A stretch of 64,000 bases of DNA from Eledone cirrhosa (Eukaryota), in contig OZ024740.1 of the NCBI GenBank assembly GCA_964016885.1, positions 334,304,001 to 334,368,000 of the forward strand. Direction: 5' to 3'. Made by a program: the position numbers and the translations under genes. This document shows positions 62,416-64,000 of this stretch, piece by piece. Position 1 is the first letter of the stretch. Each line of letters begins with the position of its first letter. The notes below the pieces were generated by a model. The model was not told the origin of the DNA. It was given only the letters and a program-made list of their open reading frames with translations, and did no database searches.

Positions 62416-62870
62416 CGGGTGTCGTGAGTCCTGTAGCCTTGGTCTAAAAAATGATTTTTCTGGAATGTTTTTTCATTGGTATTATTATATCTAATGGTAT
62501 TTCCCCTGTTGTTGTGTGGTCTTGTATAGAAGTTTCGGACGTATTGAGGTTCGGTTTGTTGATAGTCCGGGTTGTAGATTTGGTTCCTTTGTGTGGGTTG
62601 GAATCTATGGTTTTGGAACAGGCTCTGTGTGGGCAGGGGTCTACGGTTTGGGAATAGGTTTTGTGTGGGTTGTGATCTGCGGATCAGGTCCTGCCTTGTG
62701 TTCGGGGATCTTTGGTTTTTGTTAGTAGGGTTATAGTTTTGTCTATGGTTTCTGGGATTATCGTTATGGTTTTGCTGGGGGTATGTTGGACGTTTTGTTA
62801 CTTTTTTTGTTATTTGTTGTGCATGTGGTGTGCATGTGGCGCGAAATTTGTTGTGCATGTGTTGTGCATG
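62382..62870 (-). CDS. C-terminal part of upstream ORF1 of the PLE (N/Q/R/P-rich), overlapping the RT ORF
   Basis: Open frame ending NHFLDQGYRTHDTRWHKPILKNRK*. The same ending is conserved in the decayed copy at 31731-31802. The 5' part was lost at the inversion junction. Confidence 0.6.
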   Translation of the reverse strand, partial: HAQHMHNKFRATCTPHAQQITKKVTKRPTYPQQNHNDNPRNHRQNYNPTNKNQRSPNTRQDLIRRSQPTQNLFPNRRPLPTQSLFQNHRFQPTQRNQIYNPDYQQTEPQYVRNFYTRPHNNRGNTIRYNNTNEKTFQKNHFLDQGYRTHDTRWHKPILKNRK

Positions 62871-63199
62871 TGGCGCGAAATTTATTATAATTATTGACAA
62901 ACCAATCAAATTACCTGGTCTTCGAGCCAGTTTTTCCATATAAAACAAGTAACATTTAGAGACCAACCAGATGTGAGAAAAACCACAGACCCTCGATCTC
63001 AACTCACCTTTTGAAAAGCAGAAGAACTGCGAAACCGGTAAAGGAACCAAATAAATATATATATTTAAAAAAAAAATAAGACTTCAGTTGCATTTTCGAT
63101 TTCATCCCTTTTTCTTTATATATATATATATATATATGCCTGGCCGAGTCGGCCGAGATCGTCAAGTTGAAATCGGTCGTAAACTCGAGATCAGATATA

Positions 63200-63382
63200 A
63201 TATTTGTTTCTAATTTTGGTACAAGGCCAGCAATTATTCCAGTGCATTACTGGTACTTTATTTTATCGACCCCATAAGGATGAAAAGCAAAGTTAATCCC
63301 GGCCGGATTTGAACCCAGACCGTAAAGGGGCGTAACTCCATGCTGCAAACATAGCATCATACTCTCTAACGATACTGCCAAT
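63200..63382 (-). mobile_element. SINE, family of 10848
   Basis: tgtttctaattttggtacaaggccagc...ttttatcgaccccataaggatgaaaagcaaag...gatttgaacc...gatactgcca. Confidence 0.85.
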
Positions 63383-63403
63383 ACAAACTACAGACACAGG
63401 AAG

Positions 63404-63885
63404 AACACTTTCTCCGCACAGACATTCGGCCATGGGCCAACCACTAACCATGACTTGAACTCAACATAGGGATAATCACCATTGCCTTACACACCGTCCC
63501 TCAGTACCATTGTTTTCTCTGTCATATTTTAACATCAAACCCATTGTAAGATCCGATCTTGTAAATGTCATGTCGCACTCAACAACCCCACCGCCAGCAC
63601 CAAACACATCGCCATACATCCACAACCATCAACATTACCAACACCTTCTCCGCCCAGACATTCGGCCATGTGCCAAGGACAAACCCTAGCTCGAACTCAA
63701 CATGGGGATAATCACATATAACTTACCACACCGTCTCTCATTTCAGTACCATTGTTTTCTCAGTCAGTTTTTAACTTGTAACCCATTGTAACATTCGATC
63801 CGGTAAATATCATATCGCACCTATCACCCCCACCACCACCATAAAACACAACGCCATACATCCACAACCATCAACCTCACCAACA
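63404..63885. repeat. Two diverged ~240-bp tandem units
   Basis: ttctccgc.cagacattcggccatg...gccatacatccacaaccatcaac occurs twice. Confidence 0.8.
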
Positions 63886-64000
63886 CATACCACATTTAAC
63901 ATCACACCCTAAACACCGCATGTGGGTGTGTCTGTGTGTACATATGTTTGTGCACTCGCCCACACCACGTATCCCCACTGGCTATAATATATACACATGA

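Noticed and set aside
62871-63050. N-terminal part of the 222-aa ORF (MVPLPVSQFF...)
   Set aside because: It is the inverted 3' UTR fused by chance in frame to ORF1.

Overview
AT-rich eukaryotic non-coding DNA, most likely from an octopus or other cephalopod (inferred from the SINE and LINE families). It is saturated with (TA)n/(CA)n/(GA)n microsatellites and transposon remnants, and I could not support any host gene. Main contents: (1) a nearly intact Penelope-like element (Neptune-type, RT + GIY-YIG, 58956-63119, minus) with an inverted 3'-end copy at its 5' side; (2) a degenerate Helitron (~5421-10194) with Rep/PIF1 helicase and an antisense 23-aa-repeat (STPR-like) reading frame; (3) mariner, L1/Tx1, RTE, R4-like and Naiad-like fragments; (4) many tRNA-derived SINEs. 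The most interesting layer is RNA-level. At least four families of type-I hammerhead ribozymes sit in fold-back or tandem non-coding units inserted in (TA)n. One has a natural U3-A8 compensatory core (UUGAAAA). Another has a long stem II with covariation and lies in ~524-553-bp tandem monomers (retrozyme-like). The Penelope RT ORF also appears to be reached by an HIV-type U-UUU-UUA -1 frameshift from an upstream ORF. All calls were made by eye, with no database searches.
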